Shown here in pieces: positions 1-9,156 of a DNA stretch of 64,000 nucleotides. The notes beneath the pieces were generated by a model. That model saw only the letters and a program-made list of their open reading frames with translations, searched no databases and was not told the origin of the DNA. The stretch comes from Bdellovibrionota bacterium (GTDB lineage: Bacteria > Bdellovibrionota_C > UBA2361 > CALJRW01), in contig JBGSMD010000063.1 of NCBI GenBank assembly GCA_041740355.1, positions 128,001 to 192,000 on the forward strand. The letters are read 5' to 3'. Each line of letters opens with the position of its first letter. The stretch's first letter is position 1. Position numbers and translations under genes: made by a program.

Positions 1-447
1 GTTTTTTTCAGGCTCAGGCCGTAGCATTTAAATTCTGATTTTAAAAAATCAAAATTTATTGGCTTTTCATATCTGAGATTCCCCCTCTTTTCCTACACCA
101 CTAAAGCTTCCAATTACGCTTTTCCTTCCATTTTCGCTTAAACTTTAGCGAACATAAAAGCTACCTTGGACAAGTCGTTGGAGTGGTATCCACTTACTTC
201 CTGTAAACAACAATTAGAGTAGACCACTCATATGTCATTTTATATATTATGTAGTGTTTAATATAAAACAAAAAACTATTTGTAGCTTCTGCTATTACGT
301 TCACACCATTCTAGAAGATCAAAATCTAACTCCATATTTTATAGCTATTCTGAGTAAAGGACAATCACAAAAGATTAAAATGACTATTAAAACTTAGTAA
401 GTTTTGCGCTATGGCTTGATTGAAGACCTTACTTGTAGCTAGACATA

Positions 448-474
448 TCCGCCGAAGCTTAAAGGAAGGTGAAA
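448..474 (-). repeat. Degenerate copy of palindromic REP-like element A
   Basis: tccgccgaagcttaaaggaaggtgaaa resembles the copy at 60583-60624 (tccgccgaagctttagcgaaggtggaa). Confidence 0.55.
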
Positions 475-889
475 TCGCAAATGAAAACTTCAGCAAAGCA
501 GGATGCATTTATACCCAAAACAGTTTTAGTAGATTGATTTCCACAATTATTAAGCTTATCAATAGACCCAGCAGCTCTCGGGGGCTCACTTCGAGTACCT
601 TGAGCTTGGTATCCTAGGCGAGTAGATAAAAATCGGTAATTTTCAATGTCGCCTAATAAAGTCCTGAGAGTTCTGCGGGTAAATTAGTTCGATACAAAAA
701 ACTTGCCTAAATTCTTCGCCTTTTATGTTCGAAGGGGCCACTCACTATTGGTCCTTATAGTCAAAAAATTTAATTAAGATTTTCCTAAAGGAAAAGACTT
801 CAAGGAGTAATCTTAGTTTATTAAACACTATTGGCTTTCCTAAGCCCTTAGGTAATACTTAATTGATATAAGTATAAATTGCAGTAAGC

Positions 890-2440
890 ATGACCTTAAA
901 TTACAAATTTTTGCACAAATTTCCCCCAACAGCTTATCTTTTCTTGCTTTCTACATTAATTTTCCTGCCAACTCTTAACTATTCCTTTACCTATGATGAC
1001 ATACGCCTAGTTCTTGTAAATAATTATATCACTTCCGAGCTAGGACTACTGGATATTCTTAAAATTTTTACTCTCCCAACACATCCTGGGGATCTTTATC
1101 GTCCACTCACAGTGTTGAGCATCAAGCTTAACTTTTTAATGTCCGGCCTAGATCCTATTTCATACCATGCCACAAATATTTTACTGCATAGCCTCGCGAC
1201 AACAGTCATCTATAAATTTATTTTATTACTAACTAAAAATTGCAAATTATCTTTTTATAGTTCTTTGATTTTCTTAATACATCCAATTCACATTGAAGCA
1301 ATTGCTAATATTTATAATCGTTCGGAGATTTTGGTAGCAATCTTTGGGCTATTGGCTCTTATTTGCTTTTATCGACTCTTAGAAATACCAACTTTAACGA
1401 ACTATCTCTTATACCCAATCTTCTTATTTCTAGCATTCTTAGCTAAAGAATCTGCGTTAACGCTAGTTGGGGTATGTCCACTGATTTATTTTTTTTATAC
1501 AAAAAAAAATTACTCACCAAAAACAAAGACTTTAATCTACTCTTCACTTATTACTATCGTTACGGTTATTGCTTATTTAATAATTCGAATGTTAATTTTA
1601 GGAACTAAGTTCCTAATTTATGTACCAAATCAAGGCTACTTCATTGAGAATCCCTTACTTCACCAAGACTTCATCTCACGAATATTTCCCGCCAGCTACC
1701 TCTTGGGCGAATACCTCCGATTAATAATTCTACCACTTAAACTTTCCGCGGATTACTCTTTACCCCATAAATATTTTCTTGATATCCTATCTTCTTGGCC
1801 TGGATACTCGGCTATGTTATTGGCTCTAATTTTTATTTTCTTTACGGCGTTCTTTGCATATAGAAAGTCGGTTTTAGTCTTTTGGGCGCTTTGGCTGTTA
1901 GTTACTTTTAGTTTAACAATAAATTTACTTACACCGATTGGAACTTTTATGGCAGATCGCCTAGCCTATGTACCAAGTATTGGTCTAATTGTGTTAATTG
2001 CAAGCTTAATACTCAAGCTGCCAAAATATAGGACTTATTTCTCAGTATTATATATCTTACTCCTGTTATTTCATACTAATGTTCGTTTACCTATTTGGAA
2101 AAACAACATTACTCTCTTTCGTCAAACAATGGATGATAATTCAGTATCACCTAAAATACCCCATAATTTAGGAACTGAATTTTACTTAATTGAAGAGTAT
2201 CAGAAGAGTATTCTTTTTTATAAGGAAGCAATTTTTCGAGATCCTACTTATAGTTTCCCCGTAAAAGGTATTATCTATAACTATCTAAAACTAGGTGACT
2301 GGAAAAGATTTAAATATTGGACGGATAAGTACTTAATTTTTCACCCCGGGGATCAAGAAATATTAGATCTACAAGCAAAATTTAATCAAGCATTACAAAG
2401 TAATGTTTCGCCTCAAGTGTCTAACAAATTACCAGAATAG
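890..2440 (+). CDS. TMTC-like GT-C membrane glycosyltransferase with C-terminal TPRs (protein O-glycosyltransferase candidate)
   Basis: 516 aa polytopic protein; motifs FTYDD, LYRPL, IHPIHIEAIA, AKESA, LSADYS, MADRLAYVPSIG, WKNN..LF, then TPR-like helices: the TMTC/DUF1736 pattern. Confidence 0.75.
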   Translation: MTLNYKFLHKFPPTAYLFLLSTLIFLPTLNYSFTYDDIRLVLVNNYITSELGLLDILKIFTLPTHPGDLYRPLTVLSIKLNFLMSGLDPISYHATNILLHSLATTVIYKFILLLTKNCKLSFYSSLIFLIHPIHIEAIANIYNRSEILVAIFGLLALICFYRLLEIPTLTNYLLYPIFLFLAFLAKESALTLVGVCPLIYFFYTKKNYSPKTKTLIYSSLITIVTVIAYLIIRMLILGTKFLIYVPNQGYFIENPLLHQDFISRIFPASYLLGEYLRLIILPLKLSADYSLPHKYFLDILSSWPGYSAMLLALIFIFFTAFFAYRKSVLVFWALWLLVTFSLTINLLTPIGTFMADRLAYVPSIGLIVLIASLILKLPKYRTYFSVLYILLLLFHTNVRLPIWKNNITLFRQTMDDNSVSPKIPHNLGTEFYLIEEYQKSILFYKEAIFRDPTYSFPVKGIIYNYLKLGDWKRFKYWTDKYLIFHPGDQEILDLQAKFNQALQSNVSPQVSNKLPE

Positions 2441-2518
2441 AGCTAGACCGATCTAGCAGACTGCAAGCAGAAGGAAGAAAAGGTACTAACAAAGATTAAC
2501 TCAACCTCCAAACTGCAA

Positions 2519-4156
2519 TTACTTAATTAAGTCAATTTTTTGTGCATACATTTTATAAATTTCGAAATTTCGAAATTCTGTAGGTAATTCTTGACTAATC
2601 GTTTTAGCAGCTTGGTAATCTCCGCTCTCAACTGCCAATGCGAAAATGCCAATCTTTGACAATGCAAATTCAGGAGAAACAGCGAGCGCTCTGGTGAAAT
2701 AATTGTAGGAATCTTGATATTTTCCTAAATTTAATGTTGCCCAACCACAGGCATTTAAAATCTTTAGGTCATTAGGCTCAATTTCTAATAACTCTAGCCC
2801 AAGAGATTCTGCTAATTCAAACTGTTTGTTCTTTAAATATAAGGCCTGAAGTAGTTTTTTTGCGCCTAAGTACTCCGGGGAAATTCTCAGCGACTCCTTG
2901 GCATGTTTAATTGCCTCCGAATATTTTTTTTGACCATAAAGATATTGAGCATATGTATGCTGTACTCTAGAACTTTTCGGTGCCACAAGAATATCACTAG
3001 CGATTAAATGATCCAAGTTTTTCCACCTGGCAAGATTGTTAAGTGTAGCTAAATTAATAAGTAAGAAAAAGGTAATAAGGATTGGGGTTCTAACTTTCAC
3101 CAGTCCCTTAGCTGCTAGCAAGGCAAGTCCAATCGAAGGCAAATACAATAATCTCTCAGCAAAGATAGTTCCGATTGGAAAAAAAACATTCGCCGTAATC
3201 ATAAAGCCAATAAAAAACCAAAGTCCTGAAAAGACAATAAGCTTAGACTTATTATAATTTCGAGAAATTATTAAAATTATTCCAATTAAAAAAATGAGAT
3301 AGGTAAGTGTCTCCTTAAACGGCCATTCTTTAAAAGTTGCTATCTGACCAAAGGAGTAATCAGAGCTTAGGTTGATTGGCAGGCAATAAGTATATAGATA
3401 CTTTCCTAAAAGTAGGGTGGCCGTATAAATACGTTCGATCGTAGAAACATCAATAAGAATATTATCAATATTACTGGAATACTCCTGGGCAACTTGTAGA
3501 TCAAATAATACGAGACTTCGGATGATCAAATAAATTAGGGCGCTTAAAAAGATAGTTATCAAAATCTTGATATCTAATTTTTTAAATAAAGATAAAGTTA
3601 GCGGCAGCAATAGGCAAAAGACCAGACCGCTTTCTTTAGATAAAAAACTAGCTAACAACAACAATCCAATCTGAAAGCATCTAGCAATTGAAAGCTGGGC
3701 TGAGATTAAACTAAAATTAATCGCTAGTAATCCAAAGAAGGCTACAAGGATTTCTGATTTACAACTAATATTAGCTACGGTTTCGCTATGAACTGGATGT
3801 AACACAAATAAGAAAGCTGCTAAAAGTGCAATCTTTTGATTTGTAATTTTCAACAATAATGACAGCAGAGCTACCCCTGTTAAGGCGTGCAGAAAAACGC
3901 TAAATAAATGAAAGGGGATGGGATTTGGTCCAAAAAAACTGTAAAGAAGATTATCAAAAACAAATGGAATTGGGCGATAAAGATTTCCTGGCCATGTAGG
4001 CGAAACTATTCCGATTGGAAGTTTGTCTATTTGATCAATAAAATTATTCTGAAGTATTCTTGGATTATCATCTCGTGTAAATTCATAACTAATAGTTGGA
4101 GAAAATAAACAAAAAGCACATATAAAAAGGAGCACTAAGCAAGTGGAATTTTTCAT
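2519..4156 (-). CDS. Second TMTC-like GT-C glycosyltransferase with TPRs
   Basis: 545 aa; FTRDD, LYRPI, LHPVHSETVA, SKESG, LSSDYS, FAERLLYLPSIG, several C-terminal TPRs; paralog of 890..2440. Confidence 0.75.
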   Translation of the reverse strand: MKNSTCLVLLFICAFCLFSPTISYEFTRDDNPRILQNNFIDQIDKLPIGIVSPTWPGNLYRPIPFVFDNLLYSFFGPNPIPFHLFSVFLHALTGVALLSLLLKITNQKIALLAAFLFVLHPVHSETVANISCKSEILVAFFGLLAINFSLISAQLSIARCFQIGLLLLASFLSKESGLVFCLLLPLTLSLFKKLDIKILITIFLSALIYLIIRSLVLFDLQVAQEYSSNIDNILIDVSTIERIYTATLLLGKYLYTYCLPINLSSDYSFGQIATFKEWPFKETLTYLIFLIGIILIISRNYNKSKLIVFSGLWFFIGFMITANVFFPIGTIFAERLLYLPSIGLALLAAKGLVKVRTPILITFFLLINLATLNNLARWKNLDHLIASDILVAPKSSRVQHTYAQYLYGQKKYSEAIKHAKESLRISPEYLGAKKLLQALYLKNKQFELAESLGLELLEIEPNDLKILNACGWATLNLGKYQDSYNYFTRALAVSPEFALSKIGIFALAVESGDYQAAKTISQELPTEFRNFEIYKMYAQKIDLIK

Positions 4157-4343
4157 TACAAGTACAGAGGAAAGAGAATCAAAAAAATGATTTTAATTAT
4201 GAAATTATTATTCGAGGCTCATGGTCTACATTTAAAGATGAGATTCCTCACGATATTTAGTTTTAGGAAAAACTCTAACTAACTAGCTCTAAAAATGCTA
4301 TCGGTAAATTTCGATATCTATAAAGTAGGAGATTTTAGGCGAG

Positions 4344-4385
4344 TAAAGCTTCCACCTTCGCTAAAGCTTCGGCGGACGAGTCGGC
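4344..4385 (+). repeat. Palindromic REP-like element A, full copy
   Basis: taaagcttccaccttcgctaaagcttcggcggacgagtcggc matches the reverse complement of 60583-60624 with one mismatch. Confidence 0.85.
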
Positions 4386-4452
4386 GGTCAAGAGGAATTT
4401 GTCACTGCCTGAGTAAGATTGAATCAAGGCGGGATAAAATTTAGACCAAAAA

Positions 4453-4488
4453 AAAGCTTCCACCTTCGCTATAGCTTCGGCGGACAAG
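4453..4488 (+). repeat. Palindromic REP-like element A, second copy
   Basis: aaagcttccaccttcgctatagcttcggcggacaag, near-identical to the core of 4344-4385. Confidence 0.85.
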
Positions 4489-4670
4489 GGGCATTTGCCA
4501 TTGCAACTTCGTTGCTTGGCTCCCCACATATCATGTTCGACTTAGGTTTCCATCGAATACAAGATTTTTTACGATAAAGCTTCCTTTAAGCCATTGCAAC
4601 TTCGTTGCAAACGCTCGGCCATATGATTTTCAACACCTCAAACCTAGACCGCACTAGATTTTAGGCCAAA

Positions 4671-4698
4671 AAAAAGCTGGGCATTTGCCCAGCTTTTT
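4671..4698 (-). terminator. Intrinsic terminator of pilA (possibly bidirectional)
   Basis: aaaaagctgggc-attt-gcccagcttttt perfect hairpin with A/T runs on both sides, about 16 nt after the pilA stop. Confidence 0.85.
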
Positions 4699-4714
4699 AC
4701 CGTAATAATTACAA

Positions 4715-5083
4715 CTAAGGTTGTAATCCACCGTTAACAGAATTCCATACAAACGTTGTACTTGTTCCATTTCCAGACAAGCTTGTTCCTGTAAACGCAG
4801 TAGTTCCTCCAACCATGGCTAGAGTAACACCCGAAGAAACCGCTTGAAGACCATCTAATAAACTTACGCAGTTTATAGCGCTAGTACAAGTTACATATCC
4901 ATCATTGTCAATGAAATATGCTTCTTCTGCAGTAGCAGCATTTCTTAAATCTGATTTAGCACCAGAATCATATCCACGCTGACGATATGCTTGGAATTGA
5001 GGAATAGCGATTGCAGCCAAAATACCGATAATGGCAACTACCACTAGAAGTTCGATTAATGTAAATCCACTCTCTTTACGCAT
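4715..5083 (-). CDS. pilA: Type IVa major pilin
   Basis: MRKESG|[24 protein letters not shown] prepilin motif; start moved to ATG 5083 because GGAG lies 6 nt upstream; Cys pair; Ser/Thr-rich C-terminus. Confidence 0.93.
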   Translation of the reverse strand: MRKESGFTLIELLVVVAIIGILAAIAIPQFQAYRQRGYDSGAKSDLRNAATAEEAYFIDNDGYVTCTSAINCVSLLDGLQAVSSGVTLAMVGGTTAFTGTSLSGNGTSTTFVWNSVNGGLQP

Positions 5084-5196
5084 TGTTTTCTCCAAAAAAG
5101 TTAAACTGTAAACCTAAGTAAACAAGTTCTGTATATTTAATAAGGTATTTGATGAAGCAATCTTCTGAAAAGATTCAAAAAACCTAAACACATCTA

Positions 5197-5213
5197 TGCA
5201 AAAACCATGCCAA
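5197..5213 (-). promoter_or_regulatory. Sigma54 (-24/-12) promoter of pilA
   Basis: Minus strand reads TTGGCATGGTTTTTGCA: GG-N10-GC with near-consensus flanks, upstream of a pilin gene and next to a sigma54 activator gene. Confidence 0.85.
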
Positions 5214-5286
5214 GACTTAGGACAGTCTTAAAACTAAAATAAAATCATAATTACCAAAAATAAACATCAAATTGTTCAATCTTGGG

Positions 5287-5329
5287 TAACAATAATTGTC
5301 AAAGGCCAAGAATCTGACAAATTTTGTCG
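5287..5329. promoter_or_regulatory. Tandem palindromic upstream activator sites (candidate PilR-domain binding sites)
   Basis: taacaataattgtca (5287-5301) and tgacaaattttgtcg (5315-5329), consensus TGACAA-N3-TTGTCA, about 75-115 bp upstream of the -24 element. Confidence 0.6.
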
Positions 5330-5526
5330 CACATAGCATTGTAATTTCAAGTCAAAATGCTAGTTCTTGGGAATCAAAGATAATAAACGAAATTATACAA
5401 CTTCTTGTACCCTATTTGCCAACTATCATTTAATCCAATGCTAATTTAACTGTAATATTTAATTCTGAATAGACATAAAAGATCTTATTCAAACATTGTT
5501 ATATAAATAGTCTAATTTAGATTATT

Positions 5527-5640
5527 GAAAGTCCAAAACGTAATTTATGAAGTGAAGCTACTTTTTAGGGCTTTCTATCCCTTGGAGGGATAGTAAAATC
5601 ATATAGTTATTACAAAAAAACAAGTTGCTCTATTTTTTAT
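5527..5640. repeat. Structured intergenic repeat B, copy 1
   Basis: gaaagtccaaaa...ctactttt.gggctttctatccc...aaaatcatatagttattacaaa, shared with 13650-13762; contains two hairpins. Confidence 0.75.
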
Positions 5641-5781
5641 GCCTAATTTATTTGGGGGGATAACTATATTAGCTCTCTTTACTAAGCAAGTGTCCGGATC
5701 ATTTAAAGATGCTTGGCGTATAAGATATTACTATAGATAGTTAGCCTCGAACCAGATTAAGATCTTATTAATCTTCTGTGG

Positions 5782-7755
5782 TTATTCCTGACTTAATCCA
5801 AATTTCTGTAATCTATATCGAAAAGATCGGAAATTCATTCCAAGCAGCTCAGCCGCTTTAGTCTTGACTCCTTGCGACTCGTCCAAAGCTGACTCTAAAT
5901 ATCTTCGTTCAATCTTAGCTAGATGCTCATCAAGACTGAATTGATCGTCAAATATTGCTAACGATGCTTCCATAATCTGGGTTTCATTTGGAATTTCTTC
6001 CGAGGCAAGTCCTTTAGTCAAATTTGAGGGTAGATGTTCTGGTAATATTGTATTACCACCAATAACGATTGCATGTTCTAAAATATTTTCTAATTCTCTT
6101 ATATTGCCGGGATAATTGTAATTAGATAGCAGTTGTAAAGTTTCTGGAGGAATAACAACATTCTCCCCTACGGCCAATTTCTTTACTATAAAGTTAATTA
6201 GTAACGGCAGATCTTTCTTACGTTCCCTAAGCGGAGGAAGTGAAATGCCAATTACATTTAATCGATAATATAAATCTTCTCTAAATTGATTTTCTTTAGT
6301 TAAAGTTTCCAGATTTCTATTAGTTGCTGAAACGATACGAACATCAATCTCAATTTCTTTCTCACTTCCAACGGGACGAATCTTTCGTGTTTGAATTGCT
6401 CTAAGTAATTTAGTTTGCAAATGTAATGGCAATTCCCCGATTTCATCCAAGAAAATTGTTCCTGTATGGGCTTGTTCAAAATAACCTTTAAAGTCAGCAG
6501 TTGCGCCAGTAAAAGATCCCTTGCGATGCCCAAATAGCTGAGACTCAATTAAACTTTCTGGAATTGCGCCACAGTTCACTGCCACAAAAATGTCTTCTTT
6601 GCGCGGACTAGAACTGTGTATTGCACGAGCAACCAGCTCTTTTCCTGTCCCTGACTCACCCGTTACTAAGACATTAGCATTGGAGGGAGCTACTTTAATG
6701 ATTGTATCAAAAATACTTTTCATTTCGGAACTTTCGCCCACGAAATGATCATTAAAATCAAACTGTAGATCTTTTCGATCGTTTTTTGTTGCTAATAATC
6801 TAGCAAATTGATTTTGCTGCTCAACTTGATTTTTTGCTTTTAGATAATCAGTAATATCTTGAAAGATTAATAACTGATTGCCATTTTGATATTTGGCTAA
6901 CTTAAACTTCAAGCTTAATTCCCGAGTTTCATCTCGATCGACGATTGAAATATCACGACGTGAGTCGCTTTGTTTAAATAACTCTTTGTACTGAGGAATT
7001 AGATTTTGTAAAAACTTTTCATGTAATTCATGATCTTCTACATTTAAAAGTCTTTTAGCACATTCATTGGCCTTTAATAATTTATGATTCTGATCGTGGA
7101 AAAGAATTCCTAAATCTACACTATCAAGCAATGCTAATTCTTCTGAGGATAATTGCTCTAATTCATAGCGTGCTTGCTTAAGTTCTAAATTTTTACTACT
7201 CAAATGTCTTTTCAGATATGAAACAGCACAGCTCATTAAAACCATTGAAGAAATTAAGCCTAGAAATTGCGACTTTAATCCTTGGGGAGGGACGCTGATT
7301 GGATTAGTTAAAACGGAAATTTCAATCCAATTATGGATTTCATTTTGAATCATCAACAAATATGTTGTCACACAAACCATTCCAATCAAGATTCCATAAC
7401 TACGATCGTTTATAATCGAAGCAGCCATTACTAAGGGCAAAAATAAAACCAACCAGGGACTTACGGCAAGTCCTGTATTATAAATAATTAAAGAAATTAA
7501 TAATGTATGAAAAAACATTTCAATTGTTGCAAACCACTGCCCCGCATTAAAATGTGATAAATAAATCCCACTTATTGCTGTTACCCCAAAAAATAGGGCA
7601 ACACCAACAAATAAACTTTCCGAGGTTATTCCATAAACAAAATGATTATAGGAAGCGAGGAAAAGCATAATCGAGAGAGTAACAATCCTGATGTACAACA
7701 ACAGGGCTGTTCCTTCCTCTAGTATAAGTGTTTTTGCCGGCTTCCTAATTCTCAT
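5782..7755 (-). CDS. PilS-like membrane/PAS sensor fused to a PilR-like sigma54 AAA+ activator with Fis-type HTH (no kinase or receiver domain)
   Basis: About 6 N-terminal TM helices, PAS region ending FQDITD, then FVGES..VLVTGESGTGKELVARAIH, GSFTGA, FLDEIGE, YPGNIRELEN, and HTH AAELLGMNFRSFRYRL; sits between pilC and pilA. Confidence 0.85.
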   Translation of the reverse strand: MRIRKPAKTLILEEGTALLLYIRIVTLSIMLFLASYNHFVYGITSESLFVGVALFFGVTAISGIYLSHFNAGQWFATIEMFFHTLLISLIIYNTGLAVSPWLVLFLPLVMAASIINDRSYGILIGMVCVTTYLLMIQNEIHNWIEISVLTNPISVPPQGLKSQFLGLISSMVLMSCAVSYLKRHLSSKNLELKQARYELEQLSSEELALLDSVDLGILFHDQNHKLLKANECAKRLLNVEDHELHEKFLQNLIPQYKELFKQSDSRRDISIVDRDETRELSLKFKLAKYQNGNQLLIFQDITDYLKAKNQVEQQNQFARLLATKNDRKDLQFDFNDHFVGESSEMKSIFDTIIKVAPSNANVLVTGESGTGKELVARAIHSSSPRKEDIFVAVNCGAIPESLIESQLFGHRKGSFTGATADFKGYFEQAHTGTIFLDEIGELPLHLQTKLLRAIQTRKIRPVGSEKEIEIDVRIVSATNRNLETLTKENQFREDLYYRLNVIGISLPPLRERKKDLPLLINFIVKKLAVGENVVIPPETLQLLSNYNYPGNIRELENILEHAIVIGGNTILPEHLPSNLTKGLASEEIPNETQIMEASLAIFDDQFSLDEHLAKIERRYLESALDESQGVKTKAAELLGMNFRSFRYRLQKFGLSQE

Positions 7756-7757
7756 CT

Positions 7758-8978
7758 TTAGCTTACAATTGATCCCATCTTAAAGATCGGTAAATACATT
7801 GCAATTACAAGACCACCAATTACTGTTCCCAACACTAGGATCATAATTGGCTCAATTAATTGCTTCATAGCTCCGACCGCATTGTCCACCTCTTCTTCAT
7901 AGAAGTCAGCAATTTTTATTAACATTGTATCAAGCGCTCCCGACGTCTCTCCAACCTCAATCATTGACACTACCATTGGTGGAAAAATACTTGAGTCTGC
8001 TAATGGCTCAATCATTGATTTACCTTCGGAAATTGATAAGCGTACTTGATAAATTTCATTCTCCACAACTTTATTACCGGAAGTTTTGGCACAAATAGCA
8101 AGCGCATCAAGAATTGGAACCCCCGAGGCTAACATCGTGGCCAATGTTCTAGTAAATCTCGCTACGGCAACTTTACGAATAATGTCACCAAAGACTGGTA
8201 ACTTTAAAAAGATTGGGTGTAAGACCTCTTGACCTCGAGGAGTTCCAAGTGCTTTAAAAAAAGACCATAATAAAGCACCAGCTCCACCAAAAATTAAATA
8301 CCAATAAGTCACAAAGATGTCTGATAAATTCATTACGATCTGAGTTGGCATTGGTAACTCTGAACCGAAGCCCGAAAACATTTCGGCAAATGTTGGAATT
8401 ACAAAAATTAATAGTACTGAGGTAACAATACAGGCGGCGCTGACTACCACACTTGGATAAATCATGGCAGTTTTAACTTCACGTTTTAACTTCATGGCTT
8501 TTTCCATTTGAATAGAAAGTCGCTCCATGATTATATCTAGAATACCACCGTTCTCACCAGCTCTAACCATGTTGGTGTAAAGTTCGTCAAAGCACTTTGG
8601 TTGTTTGGCCATCGCATCTGCTAGGGTCATCCCCGTTTCAACATTGTTTTTGACATCGGTTAAGCTTTTCTTAAAAGCTGGATTATCACTACTACTTGCA
8701 ATAATTTCGATACCTTTAATTAGGGGCAAACCAGCATCAATCATTGTTGCAAACTGTCTTGTGAAAATTACTACATCACGAGGCTTAACCTTTGGACCAA
8801 ATCCTGGAATTTTAATTTCCATGTTAAAACCAGCTGCTGCTTCCACGACTTTTGAAGCGTCCAGATTAATTCGCTGTTTCTTAAGATAGTTGAAGGCTTC
8901 TTGTTTAGTATTTGCTTCAATCACCCCGCTAACTGACTTTCCAGATGGACTGGTGCCTTCCCATTTAAACTTTGCCAT
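7758..8978 (-). CDS. pilC: Type IV pilus inner-membrane platform protein
   Basis: 406 aa T2SSF family: FTRQFATMIDAGLPL, AGENGGILD, VGETSGALD, MYLPIF. Confidence 0.95.
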   Translation of the reverse strand: MAKFKWEGTSPSGKSVSGVIEANTKQEAFNYLKKQRINLDASKVVEAAAGFNMEIKIPGFGPKVKPRDVVIFTRQFATMIDAGLPLIKGIEIIASSSDNPAFKKSLTDVKNNVETGMTLADAMAKQPKCFDELYTNMVRAGENGGILDIIMERLSIQMEKAMKLKREVKTAMIYPSVVVSAACIVTSVLLIFVIPTFAEMFSGFGSELPMPTQIVMNLSDIFVTYWYLIFGGAGALLWSFFKALGTPRGQEVLHPIFLKLPVFGDIIRKVAVARFTRTLATMLASGVPILDALAICAKTSGNKVVENEIYQVRLSISEGKSMIEPLADSSIFPPMVVSMIEVGETSGALDTMLIKIADFYEEEVDNAVGAMKQLIEPIMILVLGTVIGGLVIAMYLPIFKMGSIVS

Positions 8979-9156
8979 ATTATTTCTCCACTATCATTTA
9001 GTGATTTCAAAAACAGCCAAAACTATTTTTGAAATATTATAAAAATTAGCTACAAGAAGAATCTACTATTAATAGATTCCTCCTCTTGATTTCGCCAAAC
9101 TTCCTACCAAACTAAAGTTTTGGCAGGAAAAAACTTCATTAACTACTATAATTCAC

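Noticed and set aside
1-27. Possible start of a minus-strand gene (MLRPEPEKN) running off the window
   Set aside because: Only 9 codons are visible; cannot be supported
420-617. 65-aa ORF
   Set aside because: TTG start, no recognisable motif, overlaps a degenerate repeat A copy
4335-4529. 64-aa ORF with repeated SAEA(I/L)AKVEA
   Set aside because: The peptide repeat is just the translation of two repeat A copies; no RBS or other coding evidence
4344-4610. Possible CRISPR array
   Set aside because: Only two copies of each unit, irregular spacing, dispersed inverted copies elsewhere, no cas genes
4715-5083. Geobacter-type short conductive pilin
   Set aside because: The mature pilin is about 116 aa with a globular domain and is not notably aromatic-rich
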